Source: Massalongia carnosa (Eukaryota). Taken from it: a stretch of DNA of 64,000 nucleotides. Below are positions 12,821 through 24,623 of this stretch, in pieces. The notes below the pieces were generated by a model that was given only the letters and a program-made list of their open reading frames with translations, did not search any database and had not been told where the DNA came from. How positions within the stretch are numbered: the stretch's first letter is position 1; each line of letters starts with the position of its first letter. Location of the stretch: the NCBI GenBank assembly GCA_965645245.1, contig OZ287073.1, positions 2,604,001-2,668,000 of the forward strand, read 5' to 3'. Position numbers and translations under genes: made by a program.

Positions 12821-13292
12821 GGTGATCCACCAGGAGCTGCTTGTGCTGATCAAGGTTGAAAGCTTTCCCAATGCAGCTGATCAAATAGGACTTAAGGAGG
12901 TAAAACTGCGCTAGGGTTGCATACACGGCGTACCATGCGAACATCGGAGACGCTTTAAGGAAGAGCCACATTCCTATTCCAAGGGCAAGAAACGAGAAGA
13001 CGCCGCAGACCACCACGAACAGGTGGTTCATGTTGACATAAGAGTATTTCTCTTTTTCCGTGGTGCCGATGGAAATAATAGGGGCGCGGATCCAGATTGA
13101 TAATACTTCGCCTTCCAATGGGCCGTAGTCCTCCTAAAGAAGCTTGACTTCTTATGTTCGCTCTGGTTTTCACCTAGAGGCGACTCTTTCTTGTCGTATG
13201 CTTTCTCTTCGTGTTCCTGGGGTTTCTCAGATACTAACGGCTCCATTTGTGGAGTGGCTGGCAACTTTGAATGGTCAGTAAAAGTTGCTCAT
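12820..13292 (-). pseudogene. 5' fragment of a cellulose-synthase-like GT2 glycosyltransferase
   Basis: Corrected reading LLFPSAP(T)EKEKYSY followed by two TM helices (GVFSFLALGIGMWLF, WYAVYATLAQFYLLKSYL) resembles the N-terminus of fungal CelA-like GT2; catalytic domain deleted. Recognised from memory, not by search. Confidence 0.6.
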
Positions 13293-14664
13293 AGATGGAT
13301 CAGAAGGTTGATATCCTTACTATGGAGTCATCCGCTGCAAGAGTTGATTGACCACGCTGAATCGAACGAGCCTGGGAAGAAACGAACTGGCCTTGAGCAG
13401 GTCCATGGCTAGCGGTATCACTGGAGCTCCTGCTATAGTTTGAAATCTCGTTGGAGCTACCAAACGGCTGAAAAAGAGCCACTTTCTTGTCGACCGATCG
13501 ATTCACGTTTTGGGACCTACATCAGATCCTGCCAGGGACGATTTCCGAGGTCGCTGCGGACCTATGTTGTCAGGTTCGGAGTTAGACATGCCGTATTGGG
13601 ATACAGATACGAATCAGAATGAAAAGGTAGAGAATGTCAGGCAAAGAGAGGAAGCCTAAGAGGCAGAAACGATCGTCTGGGTGCACAATTAATAATGAAA
13701 GAGCTGCGAAGGAAAAGACCGTTTGGTATGCAAGGAAAGACAGTGGAAAGCTTGACAGAATGGACTGGAAGAGAAGAAAGAAAAACATCAGAGGCATGCC
13801 TCGGTGGGCTCCATTATTCTTCTGTAGCCACACGCTATCGAAGACCAGTGGGCAATTCCATTAGCCCATTTTTTCCAGAACAGGGAACCGCCTTTACCTC
13901 CCCCAAATTAGCGCTTTGAAGATAGGTCGTTACAGAGTACAGAGTTCTGTGAGTTCTCTTGTGGCGCAAAAGTGCTTGGTTCCTTCTCTTTGCTGAGTCC
14001 ACGAGCCCGATTGATAGTGCGGAAAAGTGAACTAAAATACAATATAGAGTACTATACAGCTAATTTATACTTTGAGCCACTTTGCACCGGGTTCGATAAG
14101 TTTCCATTGTGTAGATAAACATGTATTTGCCCAACCCAACACACCGTTACAGGGATTATCCAGTTCTATTCTTGTCAGAATCTCTTGGTACGAGTACGGT
14201 CCAAAACAAACAGTTCTAGTGAGATTTGATACATTTGACATGGTATTCTCCCAAAGGCATGGACACAAATGCCAAGTGTGTTACAGTAATCCAGATCCCG
14301 CTGAGCAACCGATACATCCTAGATACTCGACAGAATTTGTCCATCCAGTACGTCCCAGTTGAGAAAATCCCTTCTGCATCGATAGACCCTATCGCTTGGC
14401 AATATCTCCTAGGTTTCATATTCATCTCGGTGAGGAGGCCGCGCTCACTGCCTGATCATCTCATTGGCCATCCTAGTTCACCTCCTTCGATAAGACGAAT
14501 GTCATGAGAAGCTCTTGGTTCCCCGAGCTGAGCGGTGTTTTGTGGCTGAGAGGTTCAGCCGCAACTGGATTGTTGCTCATATCAATCATGTGCGTCTACT
14601 TTTCGGGCTACTCTTCTCTTTGACATTATTTTGTTTCCTAGAGTCTTATCTACAATCCGCAAAC

Positions 14665-16960
14665 ATGGTCACGATGTCCGAAGACCGAGTCTCGATCCTC
14701 CAGCAGAACAACTCTTGCAACCAGAATTTGGCTATAGAGGTGGACAGTTCCATCCTAGCACATAGTGCCGTGGTTCCCATTGTAGTGGCAGATTTGAAGC
14801 ATGAGCTGTCCGATCTAGAGCAATCTAAAATTTGGGACTCTCTCTCGATATCAACGCGTGAGCACTCTCCTGAGCGATCCATCAGTAGAGATCCTCTTGA
14901 GCGGGTACGTACTATCTGCTGTGTGGGAGCTGGATACGTCGGTAAGAGCATATCCTTCCCTGCACCGCTTCCGGAAGTACATGAAGAGGTCTATGTTCCC
15001 CTTGATTTTCCTTTGGTGGCGATATGATTTCGCTTCACAGCATCTGTTGAGATTGTCTTTTCTTCAGGAGGACCCACAGCAGCAATCATAGCTTTTCAAA
15101 ACCCCGACATCCGGGTAACGGTTGCAGACCTAAACGAAGACCGAATCCACAAATGGCGGACAAAACATCTTCCAATCCACGAGCTAGGCCTCGGCGATAT
15201 CATACGTGTCGCTCGTGATGGTACGAAACCACCACGATCCCCGGCGAGAAGGGCTTGAGCCCCAACATTAGGCTCCCTGCGCGTCAAGCCAATCTCTTTT
15301 TACAACTAAAGTCGCCCCGTCGATTGCAGAAGCAGACGTCATATTTCTTAGCGTCAACACTCCTACGAAGTTTTCAGGCATTGGTGCTGGATCTGCCACC
15401 GATATGTTCACCCTAGAAGCTGCTGCCCGAACGATCGCAGAAGTGGCCAAGCAGGGAGCGATCATTGTGGAAAATAGTACGGTCCCTTGCAGAACAGTGA
15501 GTCGTATTCGTGATGTTGTAAGCTATCCTCTTTCGTTTGAATGTTTAATATATGTGCGATGACACTGTGGATTAATGCTTTATCATGGCTGCTATAGCTT
15601 GAAACCTACCGACCCGGCGTATCATTCGAAATCCTCTCCAATCCCGAGTGAAGGAACCGCGATCAAGGATTTGTTAAATCCTGACCGGATATTAATCGGT
15701 TCGGCGCAAACACACAGCGGTCGAGCCGCAGCAATCGCTTTGAAAAATGTCTACGCAACATGGGTAGATCCTGCCAGAATAATACTGGTAAATCTATGGT
15801 CGTCTGAGCTTACCAAGCTTGCAGCCAACGCTATGCTCGCGCAACGAATCAGCAGTATCAATTCCATCAGCGCTGTGTGCGAGCGTACTAGGGCCAACAT
15901 TGATGAAGTCGCCCTTGCCATCGGTCTCGACCCACGTCTTGGTCCCAAGTTCCTCAATGCGGGTCTTGGTTTTGGTGGATCTTGTTTCAAAAAGGATATC
16001 TTGAGTCTGATCTACCTGTCTTCATCACTTAGCCTTCCGGAGGTGGCCGACTACTGGCAGCAAGTGTTTCTCATGAACGAGTTCCAGCGCACCCGTTTCG
16101 TGAACCGCGTCGTGTCAAGCTTGCACGGGACCTTGATCGGCAAGAAAGTCGCACTTCTGGGATACGCCTTCAAGAACAACACGAGTGACACTCGAGAATC
16201 TCCCGCTATTGATGTCTTCAAGCTACTCCTCGCGGACCGGCCTAGCGAGATTGCCATCTTCGACCCACGATGTAACCCCACCGATATCAAGAACGAGGTG
16301 AAACGGCTATTCCCTACCACGGGACTCAACCTCCTCAAGCCTGATGGGCCCATCGAAGTCTACCACAACGCTTACGACGCATGTTTCGACGCGAGCGCTA
16401 CACTAATCTTGACCGAATGGCAACAATTCCGCTACCCTCCATTCTGTCGACACGAATCTGCTTTTCACAGGCGCAGCACGAACAGCATCGCACGCCCGGG
16501 CCTCAAGAAGACCCTCTCGGAACTTGACATTGTCGCGCTCCGGGACTACATGACGGCCGCACAGGCACGTCAGTGCGAGACTGGACGGGCCCAGCAGAGC
16601 GTCCAGACGGACCCGTTGAATCGCTATGTCTAGGAGCCCGCGTGCGCCAAGGACTGCATCGATTGCGCCAGAGGCCTCTGTTGGAATACTCGCTTAGCCC
16701 CATTAGTTCTAGCTCAGCCCTGTAGGCTGCCATGACTGCTATAAGCAGTCACCTCCGTAGTAATTTCAACATTATGCCGTCAGCTGTTTATTTAACAGCC
16801 TCGAAGAGGAGAAGAAGGCCAGCGAAAACATCGATTGGGCTCGCATCTCCTCGCACATGCGGAAACCGAAATGGATGTTTGATGGCCGTGGCCTAGTCGA
16901 CGTGGAAGGGATGGAGAAACTCGGATTCCGCATCGAAGGGATCGGAAAAGCTGGTTACCA
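14665..16960 (+). pseudogene. ugd1: UDP-glucose 6-dehydrogenase pseudogene
   Basis: ICCVGAGYVGGPT Rossmann motif across intron 14942-15067, SVNTPTK, SNPE, SSELTKLAANA, catalytic GFGGSCFKKD, LGYAFK..TSDTRESP, WMFDGRG. Frameshifts near 15250, 15300 and 15648, TAG at 16631 and a solo LTR at 16679. Confidence 0.93.
16679..16797 (+). mobile_element. Solo LTR of the TRIM family inside the UGD coding sequence
   Basis: Reverse complement of the 119-bp LTR with a few substitutions; TSD GCCTC on both sides. Confidence 0.95.
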
Positions 16961-19199
16961 GGTCCAGGCTCAACGGTATGTGCTATATTGGCTCACCCTT
17001 GTGCCAAGTGTATTACGTTGTTAATGCGAGACACAGGTTTCGATACTTTGTAGAGGAGCATCCGTGGTGACGTCTGTGTGACTGGATGGGGGAAGGAATT
17101 AACCTAGGCGTATATAATTAGCCGCTTACAGCCGCCGGTGCTTGTAATCATAAACTAGAACATATTGAGTAAAGGGGCACGCGCTCAGACCAAGGTTCTG
17201 ACTCGAGCGAATAGATAGCGATTGAATTGTGTACTCTGTAATTCCGTCCCGGATTCATGACTGTGTCCTGGCAACGGGGAGCATCTGTTCTCTTCCGATT
17301 GGAAAGTGGTCTTCGAACGTGGTCTTTGAAAGAGGTCCTAGTTACTCTGTAGTGGTATGGAAGGAGTGGGATCATTCATAGCGCCTTACAGTCACTTCTT
17401 CCTGGCGATTGAAATGTCAGCGCGGAACCCGGAGGAGCTGCAAACCTTATCGTGCGGTCCGTACTCTTTAGATCAGGGGGGATTAGGGGTGATCAGGGCC
17501 GTGATTCAGCCTCAGGACCAGCTCATAGTCCAGAGTGGAGTAGTAAGTCCTGTCGATCTTTCTACCAATAAACTGTCTTTCCTACTACTCCCTACGCATA
17601 TGTGACTAGGAAAGGTGGTTGTGGCGAGGGAGCAAAATAAATTGAGAAAATCTCCTCATTCTCATTATGCGCTGGAATGCTGCCCCATGTGCGGCGATCA
17701 TCTTGTGGGTATTCCTTGCTGCCATCGTCTCCCAGGAAATTTGCGGCCGACACCGCTACTACGACCTGCCATCCGGGGAGTACACTGGCAAGTCTTCCTG
17801 ATCCGCATCCTTCGGTCAGACTCCTTCGAGTCCCTAAAGTCCCCCAATCTAAACCACCTTGGCAGTTAGCACCAACGCATGGGGCGGCGATGGCTCCGGC
17901 TTCCAATGTATTTCCGTACGATGCCTACTTCAACGCCTCGACCTCTCGACCTCGCGATCCCTTGGTACTCTCTTCCTGAAAAATCCATGCTGAATATCAT
18001 TCGCCATTTAGACCCCCACCGGCGGAGATGTAGCTCTCAACGCAACCTGGCGCTGGGGCTCCAACCCCAACCTCGTTCACTCGTACCCCAACATTGCCAT
18101 CAAATCCCCTCTTCTCCCCATCCGCCTTCGCAACCTGTCTTCGTTGGCAGTAGAGGCACTATGGTCCATGGGTTCCCCCCTTGCCCCGCCGGCGTCCACC
18201 CCTCTAGATGTTGACACCCTTGCTTCTCTAAACGCGAAAGCGAATGTCGCCCTCGATATGTTCCTCGATGCGACCCCACCCAAGCGCGGAACACGACGCG
18301 TGCGGCGTATGTGTTAAAACGGCAGAAATAGAGATAGGGCAAGTCTGTAACGGTTCGACCATGCGTGGTGCGGACGGCAGGACCTACAGCGAACATAGCA
18401 GGAGTCCCAGTTATAGGCCATTTACCCCAACAGCTGGGTCGAACCTGCCCAGGCGCTTGAAGGAACCGCCGTCTCCGCTGTATCCTACACTGTTCAAGGA
18501 CGCCACTTTCAGCACTGCTATTAAAGAACACCTGCTGAAAGAAAGGCATGAGGATGAAGTGCAGGCAGGCGGTGAAGACAAGGATATGATTGATGATTAA
18601 AAATCCACGATATCAGCAAATCGATCTTTTTAGATAAGGGGTAACGAATAACGGTGCTGACTTCCTGCTTCTCATTATCACTCCCTTTTAGCAGGTCCGG
18701 CATTCACAGAAACAGCAAAGTTGTTCAAGACGCGAGAGCTTTGGAGGCGAGAAAATCGCAGATTTGCCCCGTCTCTCCCTTTGATGCGTTTATACGCATA
18801 CCATGTTGACGGGCGATTTTTCGAACGGATGGCTTGTCTTCGAAAGCTTTGGGACCGGCTTCCCAGTCATTAAATGACTCTCTATAAGCAGCAATAGCAA
18901 GCTGAATGGGAAGGAAAAGATTAATATTCAGCTACTAGATTTCGAGGGGTGGCCCGAGTGGGTGGCTGGCCCGAGAAAAGCTCGAGGCCAATGTTCTCCC
19001 CTTTGCAGGGTGTTTCATCAACTTGAAAGGCCACGGGGAAAATCGGGATACCAGGCGTTTACGGCGTTCCCGCTGTGGGACTGGATGAAACCCATCATTT
19101 TCTACGCGAATCTAATCAGCTATCCCAGAGAGCTCAAAGCAGCCAAAAAGCAACTGTTTGGACTGAAAAACCGGAGTACTAGCTCTCCAGAGACCCCAA

Positions 19200-19350
19200 G
19201 CCTTTGCAAGGGAGGATTTGCCCAATCTGTCTATGTCTTCAATTTCCCCAGAACGGGCTCTTCCCACGCTTTTGAGTATCAAGGAGAAAGTCACGAAAAG
19301 ATAAATGTAGAAGCCTTATGGGCATATCCTCTGGCAAAAACGGCGCCCTA
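19200..19350 (-). pseudogene. Fragment of a fungal NACHT/NLR-like gene
   Basis: PIRLLHLSFRDFLLD...SPFW is typical of the region downstream of fungal NACHT domains; the rest of the gene is not recognisable. Confidence 0.55.
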
Positions 19351-19647
19351 GTGTTTATGTCCCTGCTCCTCATCGCACAGTTCCTTATGGGCCTGCAACC
19401 ACAGCACTGATGAAACCGTTCGTGTTTTCGAGCATTCGGAAAAGCTGTTAAGATGTTAATGCAGTATATAATAGCCATGTAGACAGATCTCAATAGAACA
19501 CACCTTCATGCAGTCTTCTCTCCTCGATCTTAGTGTTAGGCAATGTCTATCACGAGTCGCAGGATCCATATATGATGCGTGCAAGTGCTATCGAAAATAA
19601 CCCCCGCATAACGTCACTCCGGCTATGCCCTTCCACACCATAGCAAT

Positions 19648-19766
19648 TGTTAAATGAACAGTTGACGGCATGATGTTGAAATTACTACGGAGGTGACTGC
19701 TTATAGCAGTCATGGCAGCCTGCAGGGCTGAGCTCGAACTAATGGGGCTAAGCGAGTATTTCAACA
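19648..19766 (-). mobile_element. Solo LTR of the TRIM family
   Basis: 119-bp TG...CA copy with a few substitutions; TSD GCAAT on both sides. Confidence 0.95.
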
Positions 19767-20639
19767 GCAATGGATTTCATAGTGGCATTACCAGGGACGC
19801 CTCCAGACTGGTATGACAGTCGATGCCAAGTATTGGAATTTGCCGAGATACCTGAATATTTGTTTCTTTTGCCTCCTCCTTACTAATTTCCAGATTAGGC
19901 AATCATATGCTATATGCGAAAAGCTTCAGATATCGGCACGACTTCGGCAACTACGAGGAGGCAAAAGTATGCAGCAAGAATGCTACATTTCGGAGGCAAT
20001 TCAGCTGTTCATGATCACTGAGTGTCTCGGTGTCTCCGGTCAGCAACGAGGTGTATTTTGCCCAGCTGAAAAGATTCAAAGGAAGCAGGTTCATGCATTT
20101 GATATAGGCCGAGATGGAGGCCCTCAAGCAGTATAAAGAGACGATGATTCCTCATGTAATTTAGCTATTCAGTCGTTCAGAATTCAGTTCAGCAGATAGC
20201 TAAATTTGGAGTATCTTCACTGGAAATACGGAGTACCTGCATCACGTTTGCCAAGCACTTCTCTTTGCCTATCCTTGATAGCCCTAGACCCTCTTCTCCT
20301 GCATCCCGCTGCCGTATGCCTGGTTGATTTTTTGTTCAACACCAAGTACCAAAACCAGCTGACAAAGCAATTTGCATCTACCTCGTCAAGGAAAGGCTTG
20401 TGGCGGTGGCAAATTTGTATGAAGTCAGAAATCGCATCGGAAGCGGGAACCGATGAGATGGGAATAGAAGCTTCTGGAATCGCTGGTGGACGGGCATAAA
20501 TAGGAGCAGTTTTACCCTACGTAGTGGTAGAAAGTCAATCGTTTCTCCCAGTTTGTTTTGCATGTGCAAGAACTCGTTTGTCGAACTAGTCATATCAATT
20601 ACCCAGTGCTACCATTCCGCCTGTTGCAGTCACAGTTCC

Positions 20640-21250
20640 AACAGTATGAGGTGATGATCTGGTGGGGCACGTTGGGTGGTTCCGCACCGATCGGAGCCGA
20701 CGACAAGCCGCAGAAAAAGAAGCAATGCACGGTGAAAGGGACTACATAGTGAGTGCGCATTCTCCTTTCGCTCCTCCGCACGTAGATATCCTATTGTTGC
20801 CCTCAACTTCCGCGGAAGTCGCTCCCTAGTCTTCAGGGGGTTTTTGAAGGCATTCTACGCATCTCATCATAGCTTACCCTTCCCTAGCACGCTTAATACT
20901 GGCGTGAGTTCATTTTCTCAAAATGTCCTCACTTGGCTCGCGTCTACGAATATAACCCTCACTGCCCCCACCGATTTCGCGCCTCTCCTTGCCTATCTCT
21001 GGCAGAATGATATTCTTCCATCCCGGAAAATGTATCTCGGCTCCGTACAATTCGGCAGCGAGACTTTCCACAGCGCTGCCAATGTAAGTTTTCTTGTGCA
21101 TGACGGGTTTGGCATTGCGATTACCGCGGGACAGAGGCACCGAAGCTGGAATAAGGGATAGGTTGCGCTGGCGGTGGTACTGCTGTTGCTGGGTCTGCTT
21201 GCGGGGTTGGCGTGGTGGTTTCGTGGGAAACTGGTGGGGCGAAAAAGGAG
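20640..21250 (+). pseudogene. Glycoside hydrolase family 12 (endoglucanase-like) fragment with a hydrophobic C-terminal tail
   Basis: YEVMIWWG..GGSAPIG (nucleophile motif) and YLGSVQFGSETFH (acid/base motif), followed by VALAVVLLLLGLLAGLAWW; frames broken and N-terminal half not found. Confidence 0.72.
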
Positions 21251-21598
21251 TTATAGAAAGTGAAGCGGGAGTTGGAGTCACTGGGAGATGGAGTGAGGAA
21301 GAGAAATCTCCGAAAGAAGGGGAAGACGGTCGCTATTCAAATGGAGCATTTTACATCAAGTGGATGGATGATTGTATCGTTTGTTGCAAGTTCTGACGCA
21401 AAATAGCATAATCTTAGAACGATCAATGTCATGCATTTTGATCAGCGCGAACGTCAAAGGCAGCCTTCAAGAGACTCGACGAGATCATGAGCAAAAGCAC
21501 GAGATTATCATTGCTTTCGAAGATCGGTCGATCATCGATCGTACAAAGAGCTGAATGTCTGTCTAAATTGAGCAACGGGTTGGCCTGCCAGTTTCTGT

Positions 21599-22262
21599 TC
21601 AGATTGTCACGCTAGTATTCCCTATCCATTCTTGCAAGATCCGAAGCCATACAACCAGGTGCACCCGGGGACCGATGTGAAGCGGTTTAGAGCTATCTCC
21701 TCCCAAAGACAGAGGTATGACGTCCCAGAACATATGAAAATAACTATCCAGTTTACCAGCCTTTTGATCGAGTTCGGCAACGTTCCTAATGTTCGGATAA
21801 TCCACCTCAGCCATGTCATTGTCCTCGTCAGCTTCTCCACGAAGGCGTCCAAGTATGTAGCGTGCCTCTTCTCGGCCAAGCTTGACAAGCCAACGAGGAG
21901 ATTCAGGAAGAACCAGAAAATTGCGAAGAGGAAAAGTAATGGAATAATATGGAAGGCGATGCGAAATCTCCACACAAACTGAGATAGGCCGCCATCAATG
22001 TAGGTACATCCGCTAATTTCGATTAGCCTAACATGTCCAAGCGAACGGAGAAGACTACTTACAACCCTAGCTAGTAAGTAGCAACGGCTCCAAATATGTT
22101 CAATGTAAACTCAATTGCAACGAACTGATCCCGAGATGTACGAGAAGCTGTCACTGTTGCCTGTAAACCCACATTAGGACTTTTCATTCGAGTTTGAAAA
22201 TGGAAGACATACCCAAACGGCGACAATGACGTTCAGCATTCTAGTTCTAACTCCATTGACGA
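21599..22262 (-). pseudogene. MFS sugar porter fragment
   Basis: FVAIEFTLNIFG, WRF.IAF.IIPLLFLF, PESPRWLVK..REEARYILGRLRG, RVHLVVWL.ILQEWIG; frameshifted and truncated. Confidence 0.8.
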
Positions 22263-22861
22263 GGGGAGCTAGTATCCTTAGCTTAAGTATCCTCCTCTAA
22301 CATTTCTTCATCTTTGTGCTCTCGCATAGCATATTCTCGTTCTTCACTCGGAAACGAATCACTTCTTCGACGAGCGATTATGCTCTCGCGAATCTCATTG
22401 ATTTCCAATTGGATTAGCAGCCGCATGGCTGCCTCCACTGCGTTGGAGGTCTCCGGCGGCAAGGCCCAGCCGCCGTGGATCTTTCCCTGATTCTCCGAGA
22501 CGAGGATCCGACTCTTTTCAATCACGGCGAGGTACTCAATATAGGATTGGCAAAGCCAACAAACGCGCTTGGAGATTCCTATGACAGTTCTGAACGAATT
22601 CATTGTATTTTGAGAATGTAGCGCAACTGTAAGCTCGCAGTGAGTGGATACGGTTACTGTCGCAAGCCCACTCGTGTAAAGAAGATGATCAGGATATTTC
22701 TTAGCTAAGTCTCTTCAAAATAGATTTTATCCTCACTATTCTCTTTGACGTTCTGGTTAATTATTTCGACATCATTTCAAGATACTTGAATGGTTCTAGG
22801 TTGAGAGGGGCGAACCTATCGGTCATCGTAAGTTTTCATCTTCAGATCATTTGTGACATCA

Positions 22862-22933
22862 GGCCTGCTAGGTCAGAAACCTCTACGTGGTGCAGGCTAT
22901 CAACACCTCCTCGGAGGTGGCCAATATCTGATC
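22862..22933 (+). ncRNA. HDV-like self-cleaving ribozyme fold at the 5' end of the retroposon
   Basis: P1 GGCCUGC/GCAGGCU (G1-U wobble), P2 GGUCAGAA/U(A)UCUGAUC, P3 ACC/GGU, L3 UCUACGU, P4 CACCUC-CUCG-GAGGUG, J4/2 GCCAA; P1.1 only partly formed. Confidence 0.75.
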
Positions 22934-23016
22934 ATCGCCAACGCTGAAGCCCACCTCGGTGGCCGTTTGAATGATCAACGTCTCTACTGATCATTCATCA
23001 CTTCGAAGGCATACAA

Positions 23017-23277
23017 AGCCCATTCATTCGGAATGGCCACACCCCTCAGGCGGAAGCCTTTCACCTCATCGAAAAAGTCCATTCAGTCGGAATGGCCACA
23101 CCCCCCAGGCGGAAGCCTTTCACCTCATCGAAAAAGCCCATTCAGTCGGAATGGCCACACCCCCCAGGCGGAAGCCTTTCACCTCATCGAAAAAGTCCAT
23201 TCAGTCGGAATGGCCACACCCCCCAGGCGGAAGCCTCTCACCTCATCGAAAAAGCCCATTCATTCGGAATGGCCACA
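23017..23277 (+). repeat. ~59-bp tandem repeat, ~4.4 copies, inside the retroposon
   Basis: Unit CATTCAGTCGGAATGGCCACACCCCCCAGGCGGAAGCCTTTCACCTCATCGAAAAAGYC. Confidence 0.95.
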
Positions 23278-24552
23278 TTTTCACATCTTCATTTATACGA
23301 CACCACGATCTGCCCTCGATCATGGCCAGTCTATCATCTATTGAGCCAAAACGGTTAAAGAGAGAGAATGTTCGTCGAACGCGTGGAGATACACTGTCTA
23401 GTTCATCGGGTCTATAGGATTCCTAGCGATTGAATATCTGGGTGTATGCACCGCGTGGTAGAAGAACGATCTCGTTGCGTTCAATATGGAATAAAAGGGA
23501 GTGGTTTTACCCTGGGGGCCAGATTTCCACTTCCGGACTGTTGTTTATGTACATAAATAGCAGTCACAGCGTCATATCCTAAGGATGCATACGCTTAATG
23601 AATAAATAAAATAAATAAAAATTTGTGACATCAGGTCGAAAACAAAGGATTCTAACCTCACAGAACTCAATATTGCGTCGAAGCTTGAAATAAACTGGAT
23701 CCTCCAAAGAAGTCATATTCTCCATGCTGCTCCGTAATATGCCCCTAGCTTCTGTATCCTTGCGTGAAGAGTTGGATGCAATTTTAATAGACTTTGTGGA
23801 CCTTTAATGAAGTTAGATACTTTATCCTCAGACTCCGAGAGATGATATAAGCCTCGTACCGATAAGATACGCTTGCTTGGTAAGTAGCATAGACCTCCGC
23901 AGCTCTGTTTTCAAGGTCTTTATTGACGCATCGAAATCACGAAGTTCATTCAAGAACGAGCCAATAATATCCTCCGGTAGCTTTCCATTCCATGCAAGAC
24001 GATTTTGTGACAATGGAAGGCGGGCCGAGTTCGCTTCCTTATACAACACTAGATCTTGGCAGTTCGCAAGAGCTTTTTGCACTTGATAATTCGGGTCTTG
24101 AACTTCTCCACACAAGTAAGCAAGACCTCAGTTGTGAATTTGTATATCATCTTGGAAATATCATCATCGGTGTTTGCAACAATGTCCTGTATGTTGTGGA
24201 GATACTGTCTCATGTTATCTGAGCATGGAGAATTTTTTGCATAGTAGAACATGATTCCTTCTAATGTATGCCGCATAGTGACTGCTGCAACGTCCCCTTT
24301 AGTTTTGGTGATTAGTAGTAAAGCTATGTCATTAAGTAATTGTAGGTGCTTCTCTTCATATTTTTCTCGATTGACTGTCGGAGCTAGCGCGTGCTATCTA
24401 TGATGTTTAAGGATAGATAGGACATAAATCAAACCATCCGGGATGCGGAAAGAAACCGACATCTTGAAGTTCTCACTTTAGGATAGAAAAGGCCTCAAGA
24501 AAATATATATCAATAGAACGGCTGCAGTGCTTCCCTTTTGTGACAGCCGCTA

Positions 24553-24623
24553 ATCGTGCTAAACCACTTTCGGAATGGAAGGGCATTCCCTTACCTTACA
24601 TTCCGAAAGTGGTTTAGCACGAT
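24553..24623. mobile_element. 71-bp MITE of Tc1/mariner-pogo type
   Basis: Perfect 25-bp TIR ATCGTGCTAAACCACTTTCGGAATG (~30 bp with one mismatch), TA on both sides; ATCGT terminus shared with the pogo element at 32629. Confidence 0.75.

Larger units (their letters stand above)
22862..23620 (+). mobile_element. Non-coding SINE-like (non-LTR) retroposon, ~760 bp
   Basis: Flanked by ATTTGTGACATCA(GG) direct repeats (22849-22861 and 23621-23633; 13-15 bp TSD); (AATA)n tail at 23601-23620; two 3' stem-loops; internal tandem array; no RT or endonuclease. Confidence 0.88.
22283..24462 (-). pseudogene. OTT_1508-like nucleic acid deaminase pseudogene interrupted by a retroposon
   Basis: THCELTVALH, IGISKRVCWLC and HGGWALP deaminase motifs at 22450-22660; N-terminal LNDIALLL...DVAAV...YYAKN at 24230-24350; stops and frameshifts. 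Confidence 0.72.

Noticed and set aside
17100..19000. Several 60-150 aa ORFs between UGD and the NACHT fragment
   Set aside because: No recognisable motif or consistent exon structure.
23017..23277. Regular repeats resembling a CRISPR array (also 57190-57905 and 60066-60580)
   Set aside because: Head-to-tail tandem units with no unique spacers, no cas genes, eukaryotic context.
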